Source: Thermoplasmatota archaeon (lineage in GTDB: Archaea; Thermoplasmatota; SW-10-69-26; JACQPN01; JAJPHT01). Taken from it: DNA of 59,051 bases. This document shows positions 42,922 through 51,983 of this stretch, in pieces (within the stretch, counting starts at the first letter, position 1; each line of letters begins with the position of its first letter). The DNA lies in NCBI GenBank assembly GCA_035687045.1, contig DASRYU010000050.1, positions 1 through 59,051 of the forward strand. Direction: 5' to 3'. Under the pieces are notes generated by a model that made no database searches, was not told where the DNA came from, and saw only the letters and a list, made by a program, of their open reading frames with translations. The position numbers were made by a program, and so were the translations under genes.

Positions 42922-45036
42922 TTACCGTGCACCTCCGATGGGGCTCTGCCGGAGCTGACGCTCCAGCGTCTCGCGCTGGGAGGTCCGCACGCGTGAGGGC
43001 AGCAGGCCCCACGCGAGGCGAGCGAGCAGGACCGCCCAACTCCGCGCTCCACCGCCCAACTCCTGGATGGCACGCGCTTGCACTTGGGCGCTCCCCCACA
43101 GGTAGCGCAGGCGGCGCTTCGCCTCGAACGACTGGCCTTCGTGGATGCGCTTCGCCTGGAGGGGCACATTCGCGATACCGATGCGATAGCGCGCCGCGGC
43201 AAGACGCACCCACAGGTCGTAGTCGAACTGTGAGCGGCGCTTGACGGAATAACCGCCGACGCTGAGCACGTCCTCCCGACGCATCAGTACCGCGCTGTGG
43301 CACACCGGGTTGTAGTTCGCGAGAGCGTCGGTGGCGTCCTCGACGCGGACAACGCCCTTGACCTCCTCCCAACGCGGCTCCTCGTCGCCCCGCACGATGA
43401 TCGCGTCAGTCCCGATGACGGAGAAGTCGGGGCGCTCCGCCATCAGCCGGGACAGGACCTCGAGCCGGCGGGGGTGCGCGGGGTCGTCCGCGTCGATGTT
43501 CGCGACGAGCGGTCCGCGCGCGCGCGACAAGGCCAGGTTCAGGGCGGCGCCGCGACCGATGGGCCCGGAGCGCACCAGCACGACGCGGTCGTCGTCCTTC
43601 GCGAGCGACGCGACGAAGTCTGGCGTGCCATCGATCGAGCCGTCATCCACGATGACCATCTCCCAGCGGGTGTGGGTCTGCTGCTGGATGCTGCGGATGA
43701 CGCTTGACAAAGTGCGCCGCGCGTTCCTCGTCGTGCAGATGACGCTCACGAGCGGGCGCTCGGGGAGAGGCGCGGAGTCCGATGCGGCGCGCACGGGCGA
43801 CGGAAGCGCCCGCGGCCCCTGGATCGCGAGCGGGAGGAGGAGCATCGTCCAGAACGCGGGGTGGCGGAGGATGAAATGGAACTGCGCGAACGCGACGAGA
43901 GCGAGGGCCATAAGCCCCATCGCGAGCGAGCCGCCGCGCCATGCCTCGCGCGCGGCCCATATGAAGAATGCGACGAGGAGCAATCCTCCGACAAGCCCCG
44001 CGTTCGTCGCCCAGTCGATGACCGCGTTATGCGCCTCATATCCTTGAAGCGGCCCGTTCAGCCCTGAGTAAGCGCCTGGCCCATGCCCGACGAGGTAGGA
44101 GGAGAGGACCGCGTCCGCACCGTTATGCCAGAGCTCGAGGCGTATGGAGACTTGGCGATCGACCGCGTTGAGGTCGGCGAGGACGCGGGGGGCGAGCAAG
44201 AGGGCGGCGACGATGCCGGCCACGATCGCAACGCCTGCGATCGCGTTCGCTGCGCGTCTCGGGAGGCTGCGCGCGGGGGCTTTGCGCCCGAGACGAAGGA
44301 CAAGCACGATGCCGCCCACCGCCGCGCTCAGACTCCACGAGACGAGAAGCGCTTCGCTTGCGACGCCGATCCCGACGACGACCGCTGCGGCGCCGGCGAC
44401 GGACCACCCCAGCTGGCGCCATCCTCCCTCCCGGAAGAGGAGCAGCGCAAGGTACGGAATGGGCAGGAGCGCGAGCGCGACTTGGTTCGGGTTCTGGGAG
44501 AGCCCCATGAATCGCACGCCCGTGCCTGGGCCGAAGCCGACGAGTCCCTGGCTGCGTTGCAGCGCGAAAAGAATCGCGAGAGGCACCACCGTCGCGATGA
44601 GGAAGGCTTGAGCGGCGATGCGGGACCTGTCGCGGAGGTCGGGCTGCGTCATGAACAGGCTCGTCGCTCCGGCGGCGACGACGAGGCCGAGCAGGGTGCG
44701 CAGCCCGCTCCGGTCCCACGTTCCTGAGAGGAGGCCTTGCGCCCATCCGATCCCCAGGAGGAGGAACGCGAGCGCCCAAAAGCCCATCACGACGATGGCC
44801 GGCGTGCGGACGCTTAGGCCATGCCTCGTCCACGCTTCCCTCAGACGGTAGGCGATCCACGCTCCCATGATGATCTCGCCGGGGCCTGCGGCCCATGGGT
44901 CGAGCCGCAGGGCCGTGAAGGTGGTGAGGGCGAGGCCGACGCCGAACACGGCGGACGAAAGGTGGCCGGTCCTCAACCTGCCGCCTCCGTGACGAAGAAC
45001 ACTCGCATCCACAGCTCGAGGTTCACGATGCGCCAC
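42922..45036 (-). CDS. Fusion protein: N-terminal Wzy_C-like polytopic membrane domain plus C-terminal GT2 glycosyltransferase (up to 704 aa)
   Basis: - N-terminal ~400 aa has 9 or more hydrophobic segments and EAHNAVIDWATNAGLVGGLL.
- C-terminal part has VSVICTTRNARRTLSSVIRSIQQQTHTRWEMVIVDDGSIDGT and a DxD motif (NIDADD).
- The first 64 nt overlap asnB copy 1, so the real start may be GTG 44949. Confidence 0.65.
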   Translation of the reverse strand: MAHREPRAVDASVLRHGGGRLRTGHLSSAVFGVGLALTTFTALRLDPWAAGPGEIIMGAWIAYRLREAWTRHGLSVRTPAIVVMGFWALAFLLLGIGWAQGLLSGTWDRSGLRTLLGLVVAAGATSLFMTQPDLRDRSRIAAQAFLIATVVPLAILFALQRSQGLVGFGPGTGVRFMGLSQNPNQVALALLPIPYLALLLFREGGWRQLGWSVAGAAAVVVGIGVASEALLVSWSLSAAVGGIVLVLRLGRKAPARSLPRRAANAIAGVAIVAGIVAALLLAPRVLADLNAVDRQVSIRLELWHNGADAVLSSYLVGHGPGAYSGLNGPLQGYEAHNAVIDWATNAGLVGGLLLVAFFIWAAREAWRGGSLAMGLMALALVAFAQFHFILRHPAFWTMLLLPLAIQGPRALPSPVRAASDSAPLPERPLVSVICTTRNARRTLSSVIRSIQQQTHTRWEMVIVDDGSIDGTPDFVASLAKDDDRVVLVRSGPIGRGAALNLALSRARGPLVANIDADDPAHPRRLEVLSRLMAERPDFSVIGTDAIIVRGDEEPRWEEVKGVVRVEDATDALANYNPVCHSAVLMRREDVLSVGGYSVKRRSQFDYDLWVRLAAARYRIGIANVPLQAKRIHEGQSFEAKRRLRYLWGSAQVQARAIQELGGGARSWAVLLARLAWGLLPSRVRTSQRETLERQLRQSPIGGAR

Positions 45037-46982
45037 ACTTCCGTCGACGCTTCCTTGTCGCCCTTCGCGGCCAGGACCTCGTCGAGCAGCGCCGCCACCC
45101 TCGCCGGGTCCACGTAGGGGTACGACAGGGTGCGCCCGTCGGTGAAGAGGGCGCGGATGTGGTCAGCGTTGGCGCGCAGCCACGCGACCTCGGGTGTCAC
45201 GAACCCCTTCTTGTCGCGCCGCCATTGGATCTCCGGCGGGAGGAGACCCTCCATCGCCTGCCGGAGGACGAGCTTCGTCCACCCGTCGGAGATGCGGAGG
45301 TCCGCCGGGAGAGAGAGGCCCACCTCGACGAGCCGGTAATCGAGGAACGGCGTGCGCGCCTCGACCGAGAACGCCATGGAGCTGCGGTCTTCGTAGCGAA
45401 GGAGCGCAGGGAGGCTGTAGCGCAGCGTGTCCGCCTCGAGGCGCGCCGGAAGATCCCGCATCAGGCGCGCCTGCTCCCGCGCAAAACTCTCCCGCCGCGC
45501 GCGGTGGGCACGCGCGAATTCGGGCCGCATCAGCCGCAACACCGCGCCTTCGGGCGCGAGCCCCGGCGCGACTCGGCGCATGGCCGCGCGGGAGGCGCGC
45601 CGCAGCGGGCCTGGCAGGAGCGCGTACGCCGCGCGAGCCAAGACGCGCGGGGGGCCGGAGTGCGAGACAGCGTCGGGTACCGCGCGGGCGGCGCGCGCCG
45701 CGCTCCTGAGCCGCCCGCGCGCGAGGAGCGTCGCGACAAGCACGCCGTGATAGCCGGGATACCCGCCGAGGACCTCGTCGCTGCCTTGCCCGTCGAGAGT
45801 GACGGTGACGCCGGACTCGCGAGCCAATCGCATGACGCACCATTGCGTGTACTGGCTCGTGGATTGGAAGGGCTCGTCCATGTGCCAGATCACGCGCGGG
45901 AGGTCTTCCCAGAACCGCTCGTGCGTCGGCAGCGTCTCCTTGTTGTCCGCGCCCGTAGAGGCGATGACCTTCTGCACGTGCTGGCGCTCGTCGAAGCGTG
46001 CGTCATCAAAGCCCGCCGTGAAGGTGCGCTGATGCTCGCCGGCGACGGAGCGGTCAAGCTTCAGCTCGTCGAACATCAGGCGGTTCGCCACGACGACGAT
46101 GGAAGACGAGTCAAGCCCGCCACTCAGGCAGGTGCCGACAGGCACGTCGGAGCGCAGACGGATTCGCACGGCGTCCTCGAATGTGGCGCGAAAAAGTGAG
46201 ACGAGGCGAAGCTTCTCTTCGGGCGTGGACGCGAGGGCACCTCCGGCGCGCGCTTCGTACCAACGCCAGCGCTGGAGACGCCCGTCCGCGTGCAGGCGGA
46301 GCGCGTGCGAGCCCGGCAGCTGCAGGATGCCTTCAAAGAAGGTGCGCTCGGTGTGGTCGACGAGACGCAGCGCGAGGTAGTCGTGCACGGCCGCGTCGTC
46401 GGGCCTGCGCGGCACTCCCGGATGCTCGATGATGACCTTGATCTCCGACCCGAACACGAAGAGGCCGTTCGCGTGGTGGTAATAAAACGGCTTCACGCCG
46501 AAGCGGTCGCGGGCGCAGAAGAGCGACCCGTCGCGCGAGTCGTAGAGCGCGAAGGCGAACATGCCGTTGAAGCGCGAGAGGCAATCGACGCCCCATTCAC
46601 GGTAGCTTGCGAGGATCACCTCGGTGTCCGTGCCGGTGCGGAAGGAGTGCCCACGCTTCTCCAACTCCGCGCGGAGCTCGATGAAGTTGTACACCTCGCC
46701 GTTGTACGTGATGGCGAACTCGCCCGCGGCGTCCCACATCGGCATGTGGCCAGCCGGCGAGAGGTCAACGATGGCGAGTCTGCGGTTGCCCAGCGCAACG
46801 TCGTGCTCGATGGGCGGCGCGGCGTCGCGGGCGTCCCATCGAGCGCCGTCGGCTACACGGAGGAGAAGTTGGCCCTCGTCGTTCGGGCCGCGGTGCCGCA
46901 TGACGTCGGTCATCCGCCGGATGACGGCGACGTCAGCAGGCGCGAGCCGGCCGAACACGCGGTAGCCTGCGATGCCGCACAT
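44973..46982 (-). CDS. asnB: Asparagine synthase (glutamine-hydrolysing)-family amidotransferase, copy 1 (669 aa)
   Basis: MCGIAG N-terminus and PP-loop SGGLDSS. Clearly divergent from copy 2. Confidence 0.85.
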   Translation of the reverse strand: MCGIAGYRVFGRLAPADVAVIRRMTDVMRHRGPNDEGQLLLRVADGARWDARDAAPPIEHDVALGNRRLAIVDLSPAGHMPMWDAAGEFAITYNGEVYNFIELRAELEKRGHSFRTGTDTEVILASYREWGVDCLSRFNGMFAFALYDSRDGSLFCARDRFGVKPFYYHHANGLFVFGSEIKVIIEHPGVPRRPDDAAVHDYLALRLVDHTERTFFEGILQLPGSHALRLHADGRLQRWRWYEARAGGALASTPEEKLRLVSLFRATFEDAVRIRLRSDVPVGTCLSGGLDSSSIVVVANRLMFDELKLDRSVAGEHQRTFTAGFDDARFDERQHVQKVIASTGADNKETLPTHERFWEDLPRVIWHMDEPFQSTSQYTQWCVMRLARESGVTVTLDGQGSDEVLGGYPGYHGVLVATLLARGRLRSAARAARAVPDAVSHSGPPRVLARAAYALLPGPLRRASRAAMRRVAPGLAPEGAVLRLMRPEFARAHRARRESFAREQARLMRDLPARLEADTLRYSLPALLRYEDRSSMAFSVEARTPFLDYRLVEVGLSLPADLRISDGWTKLVLRQAMEGLLPPEIQWRRDKKGFVTPEVAWLRANADHIRALFTDGRTLSYPYVDPARVAALLDEVLAAKGDKEASTEVWRIVNLELWMRVFFVTEAAG

Positions 46983-47027
46983 CCGCGGCCCATCGTGGAC
47001 CCCCCCCTTAGCCGTTGCCGAGGCGGC

Positions 47028-48500
47028 TCAACGCGCAGCTGGCTCCGTGCCGATGGCTTGTGGGGCGGTGTCAAGGACTTCCCGTAGCCGCCGCCACGTG
47101 CTGGGGCCGGCCAAAATTACCACCGCGGCGACCTGAGCAGCGGCGAGTATCCAGGGCCGCAGCGGCAGAAGGGCGAGGAGCAGCACCGCTGCCAATGCAC
47201 CGACAGGAACAAGTACGCTAGCGTAGAAACGACGTATCTCCGCGCCACTCGCGTCGAGTGCGCGTAGGGCGCCCCTGCTGGTCGCGGCGAAGTAGGTGGC
47301 GTAACCTGCGGCGGCTCCCCCGGCGACGCCCTCGAGACCCAGGCCCGCCCGCGCCAGCAGTATGCTCGCTGGGAACCCGACGGCCGATGCCAGCAGAAGC
47401 GCGCTGTTCCTGGCCCGCCTAAGATCAAGCGCAAGGAGGACGTTCACCGACGTCCCGGCCAAGCCTACCAGGAACAGTCCCGCGACGACGACGCGCGCCG
47501 CGCCCACGCCCCCTGCGTACTCTGGGAGCAGGAGCCGCACCGCGAGGGGCAGCGCAATGACAATGGTCGCGACCACCGCGCCGACGAGGGCGGCAAGCCG
47601 CGCCGTGCTGGAAAGGAGGTCGGCCAGAAGCCCGCGTGGCTGGCCATCATCACCGAAGCGGCGACACATGAGAGCGTAGACGACCGAGTTGGCGGCGTTG
47701 AACACGGTGTGCGGGAGCACGAATGCCATCGCCCCGAGCGCGTAGAGCCCGAGCTCGGCCTCCGTGAACATCCCCAGCACGACGACCCGGTCCATCGTGC
47801 TCATCCACTGCAGCGCGACCACAAAGCCAAGAATGGGGAGACCGACCGACACGAGTCGCCGCGCCGCGCCGCGGTGGAAAGCTGGCTTGGCGAGGTCTGC
47901 CATCACAGCGAGCCCATAAGCAGCCACGGCGCCGTACGTGAGAAGGACGCCTGCAAGAAAGCCGTGCAGCCCCAGAGCGAGCGTGAGAACGACGCCAACC
48001 GTGTGTCCCAGCGCCTCGGCCAACGACATCCGCCCGACCAGATCGAAGCGCTGACGGGCGCGATGCACCGCGCCGGCATAGGCGCTCGCTTGGAGGAGGA
48101 CGAGCGTCGGCGCGAGAAAGCGCAGGCAGAGCCTCCAGTTGTCGTCGAGCGGGAGGACCCAGGTGAGCGCGAATAGCAGTAGCGCCGCAAGGGCAGCAGA
48201 GCTGAGAGCGATGCCGAACGCCGTCGATCGAACGCGCACTTCCTCGCCCATGTCGCGGAGCATTGGGAGCTCACGCTGCATGCTGTCGACGGTGCCGAGG
48301 TGCAGGTTCGCGCCGTACGTCAGCAGGAGTCGGGTGCCGATCCAAACACCCCAAATCGCGGGGCCGAGCAGCAGCGCCGCAGCGTAGTTGTTGAGCAGCG
48401 CCGCCCCGCTCGCGAGCACAGAGGACGCCCAATACTGCGTGCCGCCATGCATGAGGAGCCCACGCAGGCGCGGGAGGAGCGCGACGACGCGCGTACGCAT
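47028..48500 (-). CDS. MOP-superfamily oligosaccharide/polysaccharide flippase (Wzx-like, 490 aa from ATG 48500)
   Basis: About 12-14 TM segments. N-terminal pattern LLNNYAAALLLGPAIWGVW... is typical of the Polysacc_synt families. The ORF track start at 48701 overlaps the upstream gene. Confidence 0.7.
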   Translation of the reverse strand: MRTRVVALLPRLRGLLMHGGTQYWASSVLASGAALLNNYAAALLLGPAIWGVWIGTRLLLTYGANLHLGTVDSMQRELPMLRDMGEEVRVRSTAFGIALSSAALAALLLFALTWVLPLDDNWRLCLRFLAPTLVLLQASAYAGAVHRARQRFDLVGRMSLAEALGHTVGVVLTLALGLHGFLAGVLLTYGAVAAYGLAVMADLAKPAFHRGAARRLVSVGLPILGFVVALQWMSTMDRVVVLGMFTEAELGLYALGAMAFVLPHTVFNAANSVVYALMCRRFGDDGQPRGLLADLLSSTARLAALVGAVVATIVIALPLAVRLLLPEYAGGVGAARVVVAGLFLVGLAGTSVNVLLALDLRRARNSALLLASAVGFPASILLARAGLGLEGVAGGAAAGYATYFAATSRGALRALDASGAEIRRFYASVLVPVGALAAVLLLALLPLRPWILAAAQVAAVVILAGPSTWRRLREVLDTAPQAIGTEPAAR

Positions 48501-48502
48501 GT

Positions 48503-49930
48503 CTATACCCGCGCCGCCACCATCGTCAGGTCGCTGAGCGCCCGAACGTTCCCTTCGTCGAGGACGCGAGCATCCGTCCACGGGTTCTGTAGCGAGACCT
48601 TCGCTTCCACCGTGCCCTCGAGCACCGCCGCAACGTAGCGGAGGAGCGTCTCTCGGTCCGGCCGCCAAGTGCGAACGGCCGTTTGGAAGAGGCGTGGCCA
48701 CTCAGGCTTCGGGATTTGCCCAGCGCGGAGGAGAAGCGGATAGTCATCGTAGAACATCTCGCCGAAGGCGACCACGGGCCGCTCGAAGAGGATCGCCTCC
48801 CAGCCCATCGTCCCTGTGATCGTCGCGACGGCGGAGGCGCGCTCAAGGAGATCGAACGAGTCGACGTATGGGCTGACGAGGCGCACGTTCCAGATGCGCT
48901 TGATCCGGTGGTAGTCCTCGACGCTCCGCCGGCCCAAGCTGGCGAAGTGCTCCTTGACGTAGAGGCGGTGGCCCACCGGGAGGCTTCTCGCGATATCCTC
49001 GATGAGCGATACTTGGTCGAGGAAGAACGGCGCGAGGACGAGCGTCGAAGCTTCAGGCTGGAAGTGCAGCGGGTAAAGCACGAACTTTTCCCCAGGTGGG
49101 GGCACCTCGAAGAGCGGCGCGCTGCGCGAGTGCCGCCATAGACGCCGCGCGCGCTGCCGCAGCATCGTGCCTGCACGATCGAGCGTCACGTTGTCGGGGT
49201 CGACGCGCCGGCGCCGCAGCGTCATCCGCATCCGCCTGAACCCCTCCGCCAGGTCGATGTCGGGCTTCTTCACCGAGGATATCTCGCCGAGCACGACTGG
49301 CCGCGGGCGCCTCGTGCGGAAGTCTGCGAGGAACGCTTCCGCTGCCGCGTGCTCCTCCGGGCGAAGGCCCTCGGCCTGCATGCGCGCGAATGCTCGGCGA
49401 GCTAGCGGCCAGCGTTGACAAGCGTCGTTGTACACGGCGACGCGGCCGCGGATCCGCCCAGTGTCGAAGCCGATGCAGCGGATACCTCGCGTCTTCGCGA
49501 CGGCGTATAGGATCCAGCTCGCCATTCCCTCGACGCTCTCGAAGATGACGGCATCCGGCCGCACCGCATCGAGGGCCGCCTCGACCTGTCGAATGCTGAT
49601 CTCGAGAAGCCGCAGCATGCGGTCGTAGGGGAGGCGGGCGAGATGACGGTCTGCCCCCACGATGGTGTACAAGTTAGGCTGTCCCAAGGCGATCTCTGCC
49701 TTCTCCAGGAACGCCAGGTCGGCCTGCTCGCCGTCGCCCGAGGCGCGCAGCCAATCCGAGATGAAGTCGATCCTTGACCAGGTCACGCCGCAGGACTCGA
49801 GCGAGGGGAGCTGGTCGCGGCCGAACGCGAGCGCGCCGAACGTCTCCACGCCGTGGCGGTCGCGCAGATCGCGCGCGACGGCCGCGAAGAGCGGGTCGTG
49901 GACGGAGACGAAGATGTACGCGCGCTTCAC
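48503..49930 (-). CDS. Capsule polysaccharide biosynthesis (KpsS/KpsC, Capsule_synth)-family protein (475 aa from GTG 49930)
   Basis: C-terminal pattern LHFQPEASTLVLAPFFLDQVSLIEDIARSLPVGHRLYVKEH...ITGTMGWEAILFERPVVAFG. GTGA overlap with the upstream gene. Confidence 0.55.
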   Translation of the reverse strand: MKRAYIFVSVHDPLFAAVARDLRDRHGVETFGALAFGRDQLPSLESCGVTWSRIDFISDWLRASGDGEQADLAFLEKAEIALGQPNLYTIVGADRHLARLPYDRMLRLLEISIRQVEAALDAVRPDAVIFESVEGMASWILYAVAKTRGIRCIGFDTGRIRGRVAVYNDACQRWPLARRAFARMQAEGLRPEEHAAAEAFLADFRTRRPRPVVLGEISSVKKPDIDLAEGFRRMRMTLRRRRVDPDNVTLDRAGTMLRQRARRLWRHSRSAPLFEVPPPGEKFVLYPLHFQPEASTLVLAPFFLDQVSLIEDIARSLPVGHRLYVKEHFASLGRRSVEDYHRIKRIWNVRLVSPYVDSFDLLERASAVATITGTMGWEAILFERPVVAFGEMFYDDYPLLLRAGQIPKPEWPRLFQTAVRTWRPDRETLLRYVAAVLEGTVEAKVSLQNPWTDARVLDEGNVRALSDLTMVAARV

Positions 49931-50925
49931 AGTGCATACCTCGTCGGGCGGTAGCGGTCGAGGTGGCTGCGCATCCACTCGATGGTGCGGGATAACCCCT
50001 CCTCCAGCGTGACGCCCGGCGTCCATCCGAGCAATTCCTCGGCGAGGTTGTTCGACGCGATCAATCTGCCCACCTCGCTCGCATCAGGCCGCACGCGCGC
50101 TTCCTCCGACACGATGCGGACGTCGCGGCCGCAGAGCCGAACGATCTCGGCAGCGAGCTCGCCGATGCTAATCTCGCGCCCGCTGCCCAAGTTGACAGTG
50201 CGGCCGATGGCGCGGGAGGACTCCGCCGCTCGCAAGAAGCCGTCGACCGTGTTGCTGACGTAGTTCAGGTCCCTCGTCGGCGTAAGGTTCCCCAAGCGAA
50301 CCTCGTTGCCGGTCAAGCACTGGCTAATGATGGTGGGAATGACCGCGCGCGCGGACTGGCGTGGCCCGAAGGTGTTGAACGGTCGCACCGTCACAACAGG
50401 CAGGCCAAAGGACAGGTGATATGACTGCGCGAGCTTGTCCGCGCCGATCTTCGTCGCCGCGTAGGGAGACTGCCCCTGTAGCGGGTGCTCCTCGTCAATG
50501 GGAGCGTAGCGGGCCGTACCATACGCTTCGCTCGTAGAGGTATGGACGACGCGGCTGACCCCATGCTCCCGGGCGAGCTCAAGGATGTTCAAGGTGCCCT
50601 CGACGTTCGTGCGAACATACGACCGTGGCGCCGCATACGAGTACGGGATGCCGATCAGCGCGGCGAGGTGGAAGACGACGTCCGCTTCTTTCATCGCCGC
50701 AGAGAGGCTCCCGGGATCCTGCACATCAGCTAAGTGGACCGTGATCTCGTCGCGTGCTGGCGATTCGTCGAGCCAGCCCCAGCTTCCCAGTGCGTTGTAG
50801 TGGACCACCGCTTGGACGTCCGCGCCCTCGCGTGCGAGCGCTTCCGTCAGATGGCTTCCGATGAAGCCTCCTGCGCCTGTGACCACGACGCGCTTTCCGC
50901 GGAGACTCAAGAGGTCGACCTCCAT
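49927..50925 (-). CDS. Extended-SDR NAD-dependent nucleotide-sugar dehydratase/epimerase (LegB/4,6-dehydratase candidate, 332 aa)
   Basis: VVVTGAGGFIGSHL and YAATKIGADK (YxxxK). Confidence 0.8.
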   Translation of the reverse strand: MEVDLLSLRGKRVVVTGAGGFIGSHLTEALAREGADVQAVVHYNALGSWGWLDESPARDEITVHLADVQDPGSLSAAMKEADVVFHLAALIGIPYSYAAPRSYVRTNVEGTLNILELAREHGVSRVVHTSTSEAYGTARYAPIDEEHPLQGQSPYAATKIGADKLAQSYHLSFGLPVVTVRPFNTFGPRQSARAVIPTIISQCLTGNEVRLGNLTPTRDLNYVSNTVDGFLRAAESSRAIGRTVNLGSGREISIGELAAEIVRLCGRDVRIVSEEARVRPDASEVGRLIASNNLAEELLGWTPGVTLEEGLSRTIEWMRSHLDRYRPTRYAL

Positions 50926-51983
50926 GACTCCACGTCGCGCTGGGCTTGCTCGTAGTCGCTCAGTCGGCCGATGTCGAGCCAGTACTCGTGCACGGGGAAG
51001 CTCGCGACGGTGCGGCCCTTTGCGATGAGCCGGCCGATGAGGTCGGGCATGTCGAGTCGCTCGCCCGGCGTGATCTCGGCGTGCGCGGACGGCGACAGGA
51101 GGTAGATGCCGGCATTCACGAAGAACGAGAGCCGCGGCTTCTCCTCGATGCGCTCCACAACGGCGCCGCGCGAGTGGATGATGCCGTAGGGCACCTGGAG
51201 CTCGTATTGCCGCACACCAACGGTAAGGTCCGCCTTCTGCTCCTCATGGAAGGCGAGCATCGCGCGGAAGTCGACGCGCGTCAAGATGTCGCCATTGATG
51301 ACGAGGCGCGGGCGGTCGCTCGGCGGCAGGAGGCCGAGCGCTCCAGCGGTGCCGAGCGGCTTCTCCTCGGCGACGTATTCCAGGCTAACGCCGAAGGCCG
51401 CACCGTCGCCAAAATGGGCGCGGATCTTGTCGGCTTGGTAGTGAGTAGTGAGACTCACCTGTTGCACTCCGGCGTCCCGCAGCTGCAGGACGAGGCGCTC
51501 GAGGAGCGGCTTGTCGCCGACAGGCAGCATAGGCTTGGGCACGTCCTTCGTGAGAGGAAGCAGGCGCGTTCCGAAGCCGCCCGCCATCACGACGGCCTCG
51601 AGCAAGAGTGCTGCGGGTGGCGCTGGATCGGCGACGGCGAGGCCCGATGCTCCGCCGTCCGGACCGACGAGAGGGAGGTGCCGCACGCCGCGGCCGCGCA
51701 TCAAACGCGCAAGCTCCGCATGGGATGTTCCGGGCGCCGCCGTCAGCGGGCGCGCGAAGGGCCCCTGCGCCTTCTGCGCGAGCACCTCAGTGAGCGGGGC
51801 GTCGAGCGGAAGCTCCGCCAAGATGGCGCGCCGCACGTCGCCGTCGGTGATCGTGCCGGCGAACCGGCGCCCCTCGTCGAGCGCGAGCACGATGCCTACG
51901 CCGGTGCGGTCCAGGAGCGTCATCGCCGCACGAAGCGACTCATTCGCGGAGAGCGACAGCGGGGCAGGATCCAGTATCTTCAA
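50907..51983 (-). CDS. CBS-pair plus sugar-phosphate nucleotidyltransferase (PtmE-like, 358 aa)
   Basis: N-terminal tandem CBS motifs, then VMAGGFGTRLLPLTKDVPKPMLPV. TTG start, in a TTGA overlap with the upstream gene. Confidence 0.8.
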   Translation of the reverse strand: MKILDPAPLSLSANESLRAAMTLLDRTGVGIVLALDEGRRFAGTITDGDVRRAILAELPLDAPLTEVLAQKAQGPFARPLTAAPGTSHAELARLMRGRGVRHLPLVGPDGGASGLAVADPAPPAALLLEAVVMAGGFGTRLLPLTKDVPKPMLPVGDKPLLERLVLQLRDAGVQQVSLTTHYQADKIRAHFGDGAAFGVSLEYVAEEKPLGTAGALGLLPPSDRPRLVINGDILTRVDFRAMLAFHEEQKADLTVGVRQYELQVPYGIIHSRGAVVERIEEKPRLSFFVNAGIYLLSPSAHAEITPGERLDMPDLIGRLIAKGRTVASFPVHEYWLDIGRLSDYEQAQRDVESWRSTS

